A stretch of DNA of 64,000 nucleotides from Alphaproteobacteria bacterium (GCA_026225415.1 JAMFSS010000009.1:192062-256061), one strand, 5' to 3'; counted from the stretch's first letter, positions 29,487 to 40,041 are shown. Numbers and translations are program-made. The notes: a model not told the origin generated them from the sequence alone.

Positions 29487-29945
29487 ATGAAAAATTCCTC
29501 TTTACGCCTCGCTTTGTACCAACCCGACATGCCGCCCAACACAGGCACCATGATGCGAATGTGCGCCTGTCTGGGCGTGGGGCTGGATATCATCGAACCC
29601 TGCGGTTTTCCGATGGATGACGCCAAGCTTCGCCGCGCCGCCATGGATTATATCGACCATCTGGATTATGCCCGCCACGCGTCATGGAACGCGTTTCAGG
29701 CACAGAAAGCCTCGCGCCGCATCGTCCTGCTCTCGACCAAAGCGGCACAGCCCTATACCGGCTTCGCCTTTCATGCCGATGATATCCTGATGGTCGGGCG
29801 CGAAAGCGCGGGCGTGCCGGATGACGTGCATAACAGCGTCGATGCGCGGATTCTGGTGCCCATGAAGCCACCTTTGCGGTCTTTAAACGTCGCCATCAGC
29901 GCGGCAATGGTTCTGGGCGAGGCTTTGCGGCAAATAAAATTTTAA
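29487..29945 (+). CDS. trmL: tRNA (cytidine/uridine34-2'-O)-methyltransferase
   Basis: PPNTG, LRRAAMDY, GRESAG, RSLNVA, EALRQ. Confidence 0.93.
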   Translation: MKNSSLRLALYQPDMPPNTGTMMRMCACLGVGLDIIEPCGFPMDDAKLRRAAMDYIDHLDYARHASWNAFQAQKASRRIVLLSTKAAQPYTGFAFHADDILMVGRESAGVPDDVHNSVDARILVPMKPPLRSLNVAISAAMVLGEALRQIKF

Positions 29946-30225
29946 AAATGACCAAATCATACAATTGTATTTACACGTTCAGGTTGCAATTGGCCGTCGA
30001 ACATGAGGGTATGAAAGACGCCCCACAGGCCAAAAGTCAGAAAAACGGGCTTTGTCAGAGCGATAGTTCGAAATTTGAACCAATCTGTTGCCATTTTATT
30101 CACAATATATCATATTGTTTTTGCTATGTAATTTCCGTATTTGTTCATCATTCCTTAAAGCTTTTGGCCTATTCTGGGCTTATCCGAACCCCCTGGTTCT
30201 CAACTTTTTTAGTAAGGAGATCACT

Positions 30226-30387
30226 ATGCGTAACATGATCAACCGCTTTATGAAATCTGAAGAAGGCGCGACCGCCATTGAATATGGCCTGATCGCCTCG
30301 CTGGTCGCTGTGGCGATCGTTGCCGCCCTGACCGCCCTTGGTGGTGGTCTGAAGGGTGTGTTCACGACCATTACAACCAGCCTTTAA
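30226..30387 (+). CDS. flp: Flp type IVb/c pilin 1
   Basis: EEGATAIEYGLIA Flp motif; SD AAGGAG. Confidence 0.95.
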   Translation: MRNMINRFMKSEEGATAIEYGLIASLVAVAIVAALTALGGGLKGVFTTITTSL

Positions 30388-30479
30388 GAGAACCCAGGCT
30401 AATGGGGTACGGGGGTGCCGATCTTCGGGTCGGCATCTCCCCCGCCTGGCTCTGCAGCTCATGAAAGTGGAGAAGAAAG

Positions 30480-30638
30480 ATGCATAACCTTATGAGATTT
30501 ATAGCAAATGAAGAAGGCGCGACCGCCATTGAATATGGCCTGATCGCCTCGCTGGTCGCGGTTGCGATCGTCGCAGCCCTTACTTTGCTGGGTGGCGGCC
30601 TGAATAACGTCTTCACGACAGTAACGACCGCCCTGTAA
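30480..30638 (+). CDS. flp: Flp type IVb/c pilin 2
   Basis: MHNLMRFIANEEGATAIEYGLIASLVAV...; missed by the ORF track. Confidence 0.93.
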   Translation: MHNLMRFIANEEGATAIEYGLIASLVAVAIVAALTLLGGGLNNVFTTVTTAL

Positions 30639-30664
30639 AGGCTAGACGTTTCTGGGGTAGGAGT

Positions 30665-30693
30665 AATGCCGGCCTTCGTGCCGGCATTTTTTT
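30665..30693 (+). terminator. Terminator after the pilin genes
   Basis: aatgccggc/gccggcatt followed by a T run. Confidence 0.85.
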
Positions 30694-30858
30694 GGGAATT
30701 TTTGACAAGACCGGCAACACCATTCATTCCTCCTGCGGAATGATTCGATTCATTGGTCGTTAATCATACCGCTGGTATGGTTAACAGGTTATATTAAGAT
30801 ATCACTTGAAGTTTCCCGCGCACCCCGTCTGTCTGTTTATTATTAAGGTTCCCATTCT

Positions 30859-31365
30859 ATGGCTTTGGCTTTCACCGCCTTCCATGTTGCGATTCTTGTT
30901 ATCGCCGCTGCGATCTTTATCGCGGCCGCGGTCTGCGACGCCTGTTCCTACCGGATCCCCAATTATCTGTCGGCGCTCTTGGTGGGCATGTTTCCGCTGG
31001 TGGTTATCACGGCGCCGCATGGCATCGACTGGAAACAAAACAGCATGATTTTCGGCCTTGTCGTCCTGACCGGCTTTATCCTGTTTCTGGGCAAGCTGAT
31101 CGGCGCGGGCGATATCAAACTTCTGGCGGCGGCCAGCCTGTGGGCGGGGCCGCATCTGATCGCCGTTTTGCTGATCGTCACCGCCCTTGTCGGCGGCGCG
31201 GTTTCGATTGCCATGGGCGTTATTACCCATATCCGCCAACGCAAAAACGATAACGCCACCGAAGTCGAATTGAAAAAAGTGCCCATCCCCTATGGCATTG
31301 CGATCGCCGCCGGCGGTTTGGCGATGTTGGGCATGATGGCGCAACCCATTCTATTACCGCGTTAA
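30859..31365 (+). CDS. cpaA: Flp prepilin peptidase (A24)
   Basis: D..SYRIPN, GAGDIKL, PYGIAI. Confidence 0.93.
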   Translation: MALAFTAFHVAILVIAAAIFIAAAVCDACSYRIPNYLSALLVGMFPLVVITAPHGIDWKQNSMIFGLVVLTGFILFLGKLIGAGDIKLLAAASLWAGPHLIAVLLIVTALVGGAVSIAMGVITHIRQRKNDNATEVELKKVPIPYGIAIAAGGLAMLGMMAQPILLPR

Positions 31366-31374
31366 GAGGGAAAA

Positions 31375-32238
31375 ATGGCCACACGCAAAGTCACCCTTCT
31401 TCTTGTCGCCGCCGCGGTCGCCATCGGCACTATGGCCGTGGTGCGCAGCATGATGAGCGACGCGCCGCCGCCCGAACAAGCGCCAGCCATTCAAATTACC
31501 GAAGTGGCAGTAGCCGCGCATGATTTACCGACCGGCACCATTTTAAAAGAGACCGACATGAAATGGGTGCAATGGCCATCGACATCGGACACATCCGCGC
31601 TCTTCGTCAAAGGCCAAAGCAGTATGCCAGATATCGCAGGCGCCGTGGTGCGCGACGGATTCCGTTCGGGCGAACCGATCATGGCCTCGCGCGTCGCGCA
31701 TGCGCATGACCAGGGATTCCTTGCCGCCGTTTTAACGCCGGGCATGAAGGCGATGTCGGTATCCCTGAGCCCGACGGCGGAAGTCGCCGGTTTTATTTTC
31801 CCGGGCGACCGCGTCGATGTGATTTTAAGCCACAGCTTCAGCCGCAAGGACAGCGCGGAATTCACCGAACGCCGGGTCAGCGAAACCATTTTGCAAAATG
31901 TGCGCGTGCTGGCGCTTGATCAACGCAGCGATAACCAAAGCACCGACCCGAAAATCGCGCAGACGGCAACATTGGAAGTGGCGGATAAAGACGCCGAAAA
32001 ACTGGCGCTGGCTGTTGATATGACCAGCAGCTCTTCCGCAAGCAAAGCCTCCATCTCGCTGATCCTGCGCAGCCTGGCATCCGATGACAAATCGGGCGAC
32101 ATCAAACCAACCCCCACATGGGACAGCGATGTCAGCCCCGCCTATCCCACAGTAAACGGCGATGACGGGCTTATCCAGCGCGTTCAGGTTATGCGCGGCA
32201 AAGTTATCACCGAAGACACATTCGAACGGCACAGGTAG
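31375..32238 (+). CDS. cpaB: Flp pilus assembly protein CpaB/RcpC
   Basis: SAF-like VAAHDLPTG, VAGFIFPGDRVDV, NVRVLALDQ. Confidence 0.93.
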   Translation: MATRKVTLLLVAAAVAIGTMAVVRSMMSDAPPPEQAPAIQITEVAVAAHDLPTGTILKETDMKWVQWPSTSDTSALFVKGQSSMPDIAGAVVRDGFRSGEPIMASRVAHAHDQGFLAAVLTPGMKAMSVSLSPTAEVAGFIFPGDRVDVILSHSFSRKDSAEFTERRVSETILQNVRVLALDQRSDNQSTDPKIAQTATLEVADKDAEKLALAVDMTSSSSASKASISLILRSLASDDKSGDIKPTPTWDSDVSPAYPTVNGDDGLIQRVQVMRGKVITEDTFERHR

Positions 32239-32242
32239 CGTG

Positions 32243-33928
32243 ATGAAAAAACTTCTTATCCTTGCTTTGCTCTTGTATGTGTCGCCCGCGCTGGCGGCAT
32301 CTTCCTCTTTGTCGCTGACGGTTGATCACGGCACATCGCTTACTTTGTCCGGCCCCGCTTCTTCGGTCTTTATCGCCAATCCCGACATCGCCGATGTTCA
32401 GGTGATGTCGCCGACGCAGGTGATGATTTTCGGCAAACGCACCGGCGAAACCACCTTTATGGCGACGGATGCGCGCGGCCATACGCTGGCGCAACGCACA
32501 GTCACCGTGACACAGGATATGAGCGAATTGCGCAACGAATTAAACGCCGCCATTCCCGGCAACACGATCAAAGCGACGCCGGTGCCAAACGGCATTGTGC
32601 TGACCGGCATGGCCAAAGACCCCGCCGCCGTGGCAGATGCCTATAAAATCGCGATGCGCTTTATGCCCACCGGCGGCGATATCATCAACCGCGTGCAAGT
32701 GAATGGCAGCAATCAGATCAGCATCCATGTGCGCTTTGCCGAAGTTCAACGCAACGTCGATAATACGCTCGGCTTTGATTTGCAAAATGCGCTCACGATT
32801 GGCGGCGGCATGGTTGTCGGCCTTGCGACGGGCAACGGCGTCAACGCCATTACCACGGCCACGAGCGGAACTATTTTTGACCAGAACGAACTTAACGGCC
32901 TGTTCCCCCGTCCTAATAATTCGACGCTTAATACTCCTAATGATGTGCTGGGTGCCAATTATACCGGCAAGCATATAACAGCAGGCGCCATGATCGACGC
33001 GTTGGCACAGGAAGGCATGATCAACATTCTGGCCGAACCGACTTTAACCGCGATGTCGGGCGAAACCGCCAATTTTCTGGCGGGCGGCGAATTTCCCATC
33101 CCCATCCCGCAAGGCAACGGCACCATCAGTATCACGTTTAAATCCTATGGCATCTCGCTGGAATTCACGCCGACCTTGTTAAGCGGCAACCGTATCAGCC
33201 TGCATGTACGCCCCGAAGTCAGCCAGCTGACGACGGCGGGTTCGATTATTTTGAACAATATCACAGTGCCCGCTTTGACAACGCGTAAGGCCGAAACCAC
33301 CGTCGAAGTCGGCAGCGGCCAAAGTTTTGCCATCGCCGGTCTGATGGATAACAGCCAGGCGCAGACCGTCGATAAATTCCCGTTGCTGGGCGATATGCCG
33401 ATCCTTGGCGCGTTGTTCCGTTCCGAACATTTCCAGAGTGGCCAGACCGAATTGATGGTCATCATCACGCCCTATGTCGTGAAACCTTCCACCGGGCAAT
33501 TGGCGTTGCCGACCGATGGCATGGCGCCACCCAATGAAACCGAAATGCTGGTTGGCCTCCGCAAGACCAGCAGCGACCCCAACGCCCGCCCAATGAGCGG
33601 TGATCCGGTTGGCGTTGCCGCGCCTACGCCCACGCTTGCCCCTGTGCCAGCCGCCGCGCCTTTGGTGCCTGTCACCAATGCGCCGGATGTCAGCACCACA
33701 GATATCGTTATGCCACCGGTTGCGGCGACGCCCGCGCTTGTGGAAACACCTCTTGCACCTGCACCTATTGTATCGGTGCCTTCTGAACCCGCGCCTGCGC
33801 CAACTGTCCCAACGCCTTCCGCGTCTTCTGTTGCACCCCCTGTCCTACCTGCCGCTGTTTCACCCCCTGTCGTTCTGCATCCTGTAGGCGACATGGATAA
33901 ACATAGCGGCGGCATTTTGGTGGAGTAG
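32243..33928 (+). CDS. cpaC: Tad secretin CpaC/RcpA with Pro-rich tail
   Basis: IANPDIADV, LAEPTLTAMSGETANFLAGGEFP, PILGALFRS, ELMVIITP. Confidence 0.93.
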   Translation: MKKLLILALLLYVSPALAASSSLSLTVDHGTSLTLSGPASSVFIANPDIADVQVMSPTQVMIFGKRTGETTFMATDARGHTLAQRTVTVTQDMSELRNELNAAIPGNTIKATPVPNGIVLTGMAKDPAAVADAYKIAMRFMPTGGDIINRVQVNGSNQISIHVRFAEVQRNVDNTLGFDLQNALTIGGGMVVGLATGNGVNAITTATSGTIFDQNELNGLFPRPNNSTLNTPNDVLGANYTGKHITAGAMIDALAQEGMINILAEPTLTAMSGETANFLAGGEFPIPIPQGNGTISITFKSYGISLEFTPTLLSGNRISLHVRPEVSQLTTAGSIILNNITVPALTTRKAETTVEVGSGQSFAIAGLMDNSQAQTVDKFPLLGDMPILGALFRSEHFQSGQTELMVIITPYVVKPSTGQLALPTDGMAPPNETEMLVGLRKTSSDPNARPMSGDPVGVAAPTPTLAPVPAAAPLVPVTNAPDVSTTDIVMPPVAATPALVETPLAPAPIVSVPSEPAPAPTVPTPSASSVAPPVLPAAVSPPVVLHPVGDMDKHSGGILVE

Positions 33929-33932
33929 AGCT

Positions 33933-34400
33933 ATGAAAAAAACCCAACTCGCTTTTTGTTCCCTGGCGCTTTTGACAACGGCCTGCTATCCGGCCACGCC
34001 GCGCCCCGATTACACGATCAAGGTCGCGCAAACGGCGCAGGGCTCCGTCGCCACGCCGCCCACCTGCCCCAGCTGGGCGAAAGACAATGCGGATCCGTAT
34101 GACAATCAGCCCGAACCGCAATTTGGCTGTTCGCAAGCGCGCAATCTGGCTTTGGAAGTTGAAAATCCCGATGATCTTCTTCATGGCCGCGCCTTGGCCG
34201 ACCAACGCGGCGTCACCGCCGTCGGCGCGGTACGGCGCTATGACAACAACCAGACACGCGGCCTGATAACGCCCGACACGGAAACCAGCCAGTTGGCCGT
34301 AACCACAGCGCCAACAGCCGCATCACCCATGAGCGGCGATGTGACAGGCAGCGCGGGTTCAAGCAGTTCTTCGGCAGGGGCGGCGGCAGCATCACCATGA
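33933..34400 (+). CDS. cpaD: Pilus assembly lipoprotein CpaD-like
   Basis: Lipobox TTAC; FGCS..RNLA..V.NP.DL. Confidence 0.8.
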   Translation: MKKTQLAFCSLALLTTACYPATPRPDYTIKVAQTAQGSVATPPTCPSWAKDNADPYDNQPEPQFGCSQARNLALEVENPDDLLHGRALADQRGVTAVGAVRRYDNNQTRGLITPDTETSQLAVTTAPTAASPMSGDVTGSAGSSSSSAGAAAASP

Positions 34401-35665
34401 GCGGCATGTTTTCCTTTGGGCGTGGCGAAGACACCATGCATGGCGAATTTATGGGATTCATCATGGATGATGAATCCCTTGTTGTGTTGCGCGGCTGGGC
34501 GGAACGTCAGGGCTATCCGCAAGCGTCGGTGCAACAAGGCGGCCCCGATATGTTCGCGCAATTGCTGGAATCATCCGCGCCGCCGAAAATGGTGATGATC
34601 GATGTCGACGGCCATGCCGACGCCGCCGCGACCATTGCGCGTCTGGTCAGCCTGTGCGGCGCCGAATGCCGCGTTATCGCCGTGGGTTCGGCCAATGATA
34701 TCGCCCTTTATCGCCGTATCCAGAATGCGGGCGCGGTCGATTATGTCGTGAAACCCCTTATGCCCGATATGCTGAACCACGCTTTGGCGGCGGCCCTGCG
34801 CGGCCCTTCGTCGAACCACAACAAAACCGAAAACAAGGAAGCCCGCGAAATCGTCGTGATAGGATCGCGCGGCGGCGTGGGCGCCAGCGCCACAGCCCTG
34901 AACACCGGTTGGTTGATGGCGCATGAAATGGGTTTGAACGTCGCCCTGTTCGATCTCGATTTGCAATTCGGCAGCAGTTTTCTGGCGCTCGATCTGGAAC
35001 CCGGTCGCGGCTTGCGCGATATTGTCAGCTCGCCCAACCGCGTCGATAGTTTGATGATCGCCAGTTCCATTGTGCCGGAAAGTGAACATTTTTCGGTGCT
35101 GGGCGCCGAAGAAACGGTTGATGAAATCGTGCCCATCGATGGCGGCGCGATTACCGCCTTGCTGAAAGAAATGAAAAGCAATTTTGACGTCATCATCGTC
35201 GATATGCCGCGCACGATGTTGGCCGCGCATAAACGCCCTTTGATGGGCGCGCATGAAATCGTGATTGTTTCCGATTTGTCATTGGCCGGTATCCGCGACA
35301 CGTTGCGCATTAAAACCGCCTTGACCAGTCTGGGCAGCGCGGCACGCATTTCCATCGTCGCATCGCGCACCGACAGCACAGGGCGCGGCCAGATCAACGC
35401 CGATGTTTTTGAAAAAGGCGTGCAGACCCCCATCGCCATCACCATCCCCGAAGACATTATCGGTTTCGCGGCAGCATCCAACAGCGGCAAAGCGATGGGC
35501 GCAGCGGCCACCAAATCGCCCGCCACCAAAGCGTTGCGCGAATTGGCGCAACATCTGGTCAACGAAACCGCGCCCGTGCCGAAGAAAAAATCTTTCCTCG
35601 ACAAGATTTTTACCGATGCGAAAAAGAAATCCAAAAAACCGGATAGCGGACGGAGTCATGCCTGA
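34397..35665 (+). CDS. cpaE: CpaE/TadZ localisation protein
   Basis: Atypical receiver domain, then RGGVGAS and DLDLQFG MinD-like domain. Confidence 0.92.
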   Translation: MSGMFSFGRGEDTMHGEFMGFIMDDESLVVLRGWAERQGYPQASVQQGGPDMFAQLLESSAPPKMVMIDVDGHADAAATIARLVSLCGAECRVIAVGSANDIALYRRIQNAGAVDYVVKPLMPDMLNHALAAALRGPSSNHNKTENKEAREIVVIGSRGGVGASATALNTGWLMAHEMGLNVALFDLDLQFGSSFLALDLEPGRGLRDIVSSPNRVDSLMIASSIVPESEHFSVLGAEETVDEIVPIDGGAITALLKEMKSNFDVIIVDMPRTMLAAHKRPLMGAHEIVIVSDLSLAGIRDTLRIKTALTSLGSAARISIVASRTDSTGRGQINADVFEKGVQTPIAITIPEDIIGFAAASNSGKAMGAAATKSPATKALRELAQHLVNETAPVPKKKSFLDKIFTDAKKKSKKPDSGRSHA

Positions 35666-37278
35666 TGCCCCACTCTACCGGCATGGACACCACCATCACC
35701 ACTTTACGCAACAAGGTGATGCCCGCGCTCAAGGAAAAAATTCCGGCGGATAAAGTCAAATGGACGTCACGCGCCGATGTCGCCCGCGAAGCGAAAACTG
35801 TCGTGGGCGATTTTCTGTTCAGCACCGGCATTGAACTTAACCTGCTCGACCAACGCGATCTGGTCACCTCGTTGATCAACCATTTCATCGCCGAAAATGC
35901 CGGTATCGCCGCCCCCGTTCAGGCGCCGCAACCAACCGCGCCAACCGGCACCGAAACCAACGGCGAACACGGCGAAGCGCCCGCGGTCGATCCCTATGCC
36001 ACGCGCAATTCCGCCCGCGCCACCTTGGAACAAGCCAAAAATAAATTGCAACCGATGGTGTTGGAACGTATCGACACATCGGCCGCCGCCAAATTGCCGC
36101 GCGAAGAATTGTCGCGCGATCTGACCGGCCTGATCGCCGAATTGCTGAACGAAAACAAAATCCATCTGAACGCCGCCGAACGCACCGATCTGGTTAAACA
36201 GCTTCTGGACGATATGCTTGGCCTTGGCCCGCTTGAACCATTATTGGCCGATGAAACGATTTCGGAAATCATGGTCAATGGCCCCAAAATGGTTTTCATT
36301 GAAAACAAGGGCAAGCTGACGCTTTCCGATGTGCAGTTCCGCGATAACGCGCATGTGCTTTCCATCGCCACGCGTATCGTCACCGCGATTGGCCGCCGCA
36401 TCGACGAAAGCTCGCCGCTTTGCGATGCGCGTTTGATGGATGGCAGCCGCGTCAATATCATCATCCCTCCTTTGGCGATTGACGGGTCGACCATCACCAT
36501 CCGTAAATTTTCAAAGAAGAAAATCACGCTGGAAACCATGCTTAAATTCGGCAGCATATCGCCGAATATGGCCAAGCTTCTGCGCATCGCGGGTCGTTCT
36601 CGCCTCAACATTCTGATTTCCGGCGGTACGGGTTCGGGTAAAACCACGTTGCTCAACGCCTTGTCGCAAATGATCGATCACGGCGAACGCGTCGTGACGA
36701 TTGAAGACGCGGCGGAATTGCAATTGCAACAACCGCATGTCGTGCGTTTGGAAACGCGCCCCGCCAATCTGGAAGGCAACGGCGAAGTCACCATGCGCGA
36801 TCTGGTCAAAAACGCTTTGCGTATGCGCCCCGACCGTATCATCGTCGGTGAAACGCGTGGCGGCGAAGCGTTGGATATGTTGCAGGCGATGAATACCGGC
36901 CATGACGGATCGATGTCCACCGTCCACGCCAACCGCCCGCGCGAAGCCATTATGCGTTTGGAAAATCTGGTCGGCATGTCGAGCGCCAACCTGTCGCCGC
37001 GCGCCATCCGCCAACAGATCGCCGCCGCCGTCGATATGATCATTCAGGTTTCGCGTATGCGCGACGGGTCGCGCCGCGTTACCTACATCACCGAAATTAC
37101 CGGCATGGAAGGTGAAGTGATCACCATGCAGGATCTCTATACCTGCGAAGTCACAGGGGAAACGCCCGACGGCAAACTGGCGGTAGATTTCAAAAACCAC
37201 GGGTTACGCCCGCATTGTCTGCCCAAAGTCGCCTATTTTGGTTTGGATAAACAACTGATGGAAACAATGGATGGCTAA
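35665..37278 (+). CDS. cpaF: CpaF/TadA pilus ATPase
   Basis: GGTGSGKTT, TIEDAAEL, LRMRPDRIIVGE, MNTGHDGS. Confidence 0.96.
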   Translation: MPHSTGMDTTITTLRNKVMPALKEKIPADKVKWTSRADVAREAKTVVGDFLFSTGIELNLLDQRDLVTSLINHFIAENAGIAAPVQAPQPTAPTGTETNGEHGEAPAVDPYATRNSARATLEQAKNKLQPMVLERIDTSAAAKLPREELSRDLTGLIAELLNENKIHLNAAERTDLVKQLLDDMLGLGPLEPLLADETISEIMVNGPKMVFIENKGKLTLSDVQFRDNAHVLSIATRIVTAIGRRIDESSPLCDARLMDGSRVNIIIPPLAIDGSTITIRKFSKKKITLETMLKFGSISPNMAKLLRIAGRSRLNILISGGTGSGKTTLLNALSQMIDHGERVVTIEDAAELQLQQPHVVRLETRPANLEGNGEVTMRDLVKNALRMRPDRIIVGETRGGEALDMLQAMNTGHDGSMSTVHANRPREAIMRLENLVGMSSANLSPRAIRQQIAAAVDMIIQVSRMRDGSRRVTYITEITGMEGEVITMQDLYTCEVTGETPDGKLAVDFKNHGLRPHCLPKVAYFGLDKQLMETMDG

Positions 37279-37290
37279 GGCGGGGGACAG

Positions 37291-38271
37291 ATGAATCTAA
37301 ACGCACACGGCCTCTACATCATCCTCGGCATCGGCATCTTTGTCTTTGCAGCCCTTGTGCTGTCGGCTTTTTCCAGTGGTGCTTCGGATATGGAAAAACG
37401 CCTGGCGCGGGTCAGCAGCGGCAAACGCGCGGCAAACCCCGACGGGCGCCTGTCGCCCAACAGCGTCAAATCAACCAAAGACAGCGCCATTCCGTTTCTT
37501 GACCGTCTGGTCAAAATGGTGCCCAACCCCGATAAAATGCGCAACCGCCTGTCGCGTACCGGCCGTTCGATAGCACTCGGCGAATATCTTTTGATGAACG
37601 CGCTAGCGGTTTTTATTTTCTATATGATTTTCAGCATTTTGGGCTGGGCGAAAATCGTCGCGCTTTTGGTCGGCGTCATGGCCGGGTTAGGGTTGCCGCA
37701 TCTGGTCATCGGCATCATGGGCGCGAAACGTATCAAAAAATTCTTGGCCAATTTCCCTGAAGCGATTGATACCATGTGCCGCGGTATCCGCTCCGGCCTG
37801 CCCATCACCGAATCTATCGCCTCTGTCGGGCGCGAAATGCCTGATCCTGTTGGCATCGAATTTCACCGTATCAGCGACGGCGTGCGCATGGGCAAAACAG
37901 TGGAAGCATCGATGTGGGATGTAGCCAAACGCATCGACACGCCCGAATGGCGTTTTTTGATTATCGCAATGGCCATTCAAAAAGAAACGGGTGGCAATCT
38001 GGCCGAAACTTTGGGCAATCTGTCTGACCTAATCCGTAAACGGCGCCAGCTGCGCCTCAAAATCAAAGCCATGTCATCCGAAGCCAAGGCCAGCGCGGGC
38101 ATCATCGGCTCTCTGCCCTTTGTCATGGGCATGTTGCTGTTTGTCGTTAATCCCGATTATCTGTCGGTGATGTTCACGAAAACCACCGGCAAAATCCTGC
38201 TGGGCGGCGGTTTGTTCTGGATGACGATGGGCTGGGCCGTGATGCTGAAAATGATTCATTTTGAACTGTAG
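37291..38271 (+). CDS. tadB: TadB inner-membrane platform protein
   Basis: FPEAID...RSGLP, ETGGNLAE, KAMSSEAKAS. Confidence 0.92.
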   Translation: MNLNAHGLYIILGIGIFVFAALVLSAFSSGASDMEKRLARVSSGKRAANPDGRLSPNSVKSTKDSAIPFLDRLVKMVPNPDKMRNRLSRTGRSIALGEYLLMNALAVFIFYMIFSILGWAKIVALLVGVMAGLGLPHLVIGIMGAKRIKKFLANFPEAIDTMCRGIRSGLPITESIASVGREMPDPVGIEFHRISDGVRMGKTVEASMWDVAKRIDTPEWRFLIIAMAIQKETGGNLAETLGNLSDLIRKRRQLRLKIKAMSSEAKASAGIIGSLPFVMGMLLFVVNPDYLSVMFTKTTGKILLGGGLFWMTMGWAVMLKMIHFEL

Positions 38272-38347
38272 GTAAGATTTTTGATTAATCCGGCGATTCA
38301 CGTTTCCTGTTGAAACGTGAACGCTTCAACAGGAAACGATCGCGGAT

Positions 38348-39313
38348 ATGACACTCGACCATGCCATGCACGACCCGAATATCATCGCGATGCTGTGCGC
38401 CGCCGGTGCCGCCGCCGTTGTTGTGTTGATATGGATGGCGATGGTCGATGGCGACCCCCTGCCCGAACGGTTGAAAAGCATCACCGAACGCCGCGACGAA
38501 TTGCGTATCGAGGAAAAGAAAAAGAAAACATCACGCGTCGAAGGTGCCACGCGCGCCGATATGATCAAAAACATCGTACAAAAACTGCAATTGGAAAAAG
38601 GCAAAAAGATCAACGAAATCCGCCTCAAATTGGCGCGCGGCGGTTACCGTTCACCCGATACCGTCATGACTTATTTGTTGATGCGTGTCATGGCACCTTG
38701 CGTGACCGGTTTTATGGCCTTCTTCTTTTTGTTTATCGGTCATGCCTTTGAGATGCAAACAATTATGAAAATTCTGATTGTCATTGCCGCCATTCTGTTC
38801 GGCATCAAACTGCCCGATATTTTCCTGAAAAACGCCAGCCAGAAACGCGAAATCGTTTTGCGCAAAGCCATGCCCGACGCGCTCGATCTTATGGTGATCT
38901 GCGCCGAAGCGGGCTTAAGCCTTGATGCCGCGCTTGACCGCGTCAGCCGCGAAATGGCCTTCGCCGCGCCCGAACTGTCCGAAGAAGTCGGGCTTACCTC
39001 TGTCGAGCTGGGTTTCTTTCCCGACCGCAGCCGCGCCTTGCAAAACCTGTCCGACCGCGTACCGCAACCGGGTGTGGTCGCGTTGGTCAACACGCTTATC
39101 CAAACCGAAAAATATGGCACACCTTTGGCGCAGGCTTTGCGCGTTTTGTCGTCGGAATTGCGCGACGACCGCATTATGGCGGCGGAAACCAAAGCGGCGA
39201 AATTACCCGCCACACTGACAGTGCCGATGATTTTGTTTATTCTGCCGCCGCTCTTCATCGTTCTTCTGGGCCCCGCGATTATGCGCGTTTCCGGCCTCAT
39301 GAGCGGCAACTAA
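38348..39313 (+). CDS. tadC: TadC inner-membrane platform protein
   Basis: PDALDLMVICAEAGLS, QTEKYGTP, AAKLP. Confidence 0.92.
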   Translation: MTLDHAMHDPNIIAMLCAAGAAAVVVLIWMAMVDGDPLPERLKSITERRDELRIEEKKKKTSRVEGATRADMIKNIVQKLQLEKGKKINEIRLKLARGGYRSPDTVMTYLLMRVMAPCVTGFMAFFFLFIGHAFEMQTIMKILIVIAAILFGIKLPDIFLKNASQKREIVLRKAMPDALDLMVICAEAGLSLDAALDRVSREMAFAAPELSEEVGLTSVELGFFPDRSRALQNLSDRVPQPGVVALVNTLIQTEKYGTPLAQALRVLSSELRDDRIMAAETKAAKLPATLTVPMILFILPPLFIVLLGPAIMRVSGLMSGN

Positions 39314-39315
39314 TC

Positions 39316-39831
39316 CTAGCGTGGCCCCGAAGGATTTCCTGTATCAGGCGTGATGCTTCCGCTGGAATTCAATCCGGTCGTGGTGTTGCCGCCACTTAAT
39401 GTGTTCGTGGGATAGGGTTGCGTTGCAGACCCCACCGTACCCGTCACAGAACCCGCAACACCCGAAGAACCTGCCGTGATGCCATTCGATGTTACGCCGC
39501 TGTTGCTTACGCTGTTATTCGTCACAGCCATATTGTTTGTCACACCATTATAACTGCTGGCTGCCGCACCCGATGGCGCCGTTTGCACGCTTGTGGAAGA
39601 CGCAGCCGATGGCAACGCACCAATCCCCATGCCGGTACCCGAAGGCGTTACCCCCTGATCAGAAGGAAACCCCGCACCGGAAATATTACCCGCCCCCGCG
39701 GCATTACCCGGTGCCGCCGCGCCCACCGTGGCATGCGCCGCAGTAGTGGCAGCGCAAACAGATACGCCCGAAGAAATAACCATGCCCATAACAAAGGCAC
39801 AAATTTTTATGGATGTTTTGGCATTATGCAT
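39316..39831 (-). CDS. Secreted Gly/Ser/Thr-rich low-complexity protein
   Basis: Signal-like N-terminus, SD GAAAGGA, almost no charged residues. Confidence 0.6.
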   Translation of the reverse strand: MHNAKTSIKICAFVMGMVISSGVSVCAATTAAHATVGAAAPGNAAGAGNISGAGFPSDQGVTPSGTGMGIGALPSAASSTSVQTAPSGAAASSYNGVTNNMAVTNNSVSNSGVTSNGITAGSSGVAGSVTGTVGSATQPYPTNTLSGGNTTTGLNSSGSITPDTGNPSGPR

Positions 39832-40041
39832 TTGTTTTTCCTTTCAATGAATATGCCCCATCCTTAAACCTGATTGAGCCGGAATTGTGATAATTCATAC
39901 GTGGCAAAATAAAGAAAGGATATGGTTTTGAAATAACCACGCCTTTTACCCCGCGCTTATTCCCTATGCGCCATAAGAAACTGCATTCTTATAACAAGCG
40001 CTTTACGCTCCCTTGAACTCACCAACTTCCAAGGACATATC

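Noticed and set aside
30226..39313. Tad locus as a Kil-like prey-killing apparatus
   Set aside because: Gene order is the ordinary cpa type; no FHA or other distinguishing genes, so predation cannot be inferred
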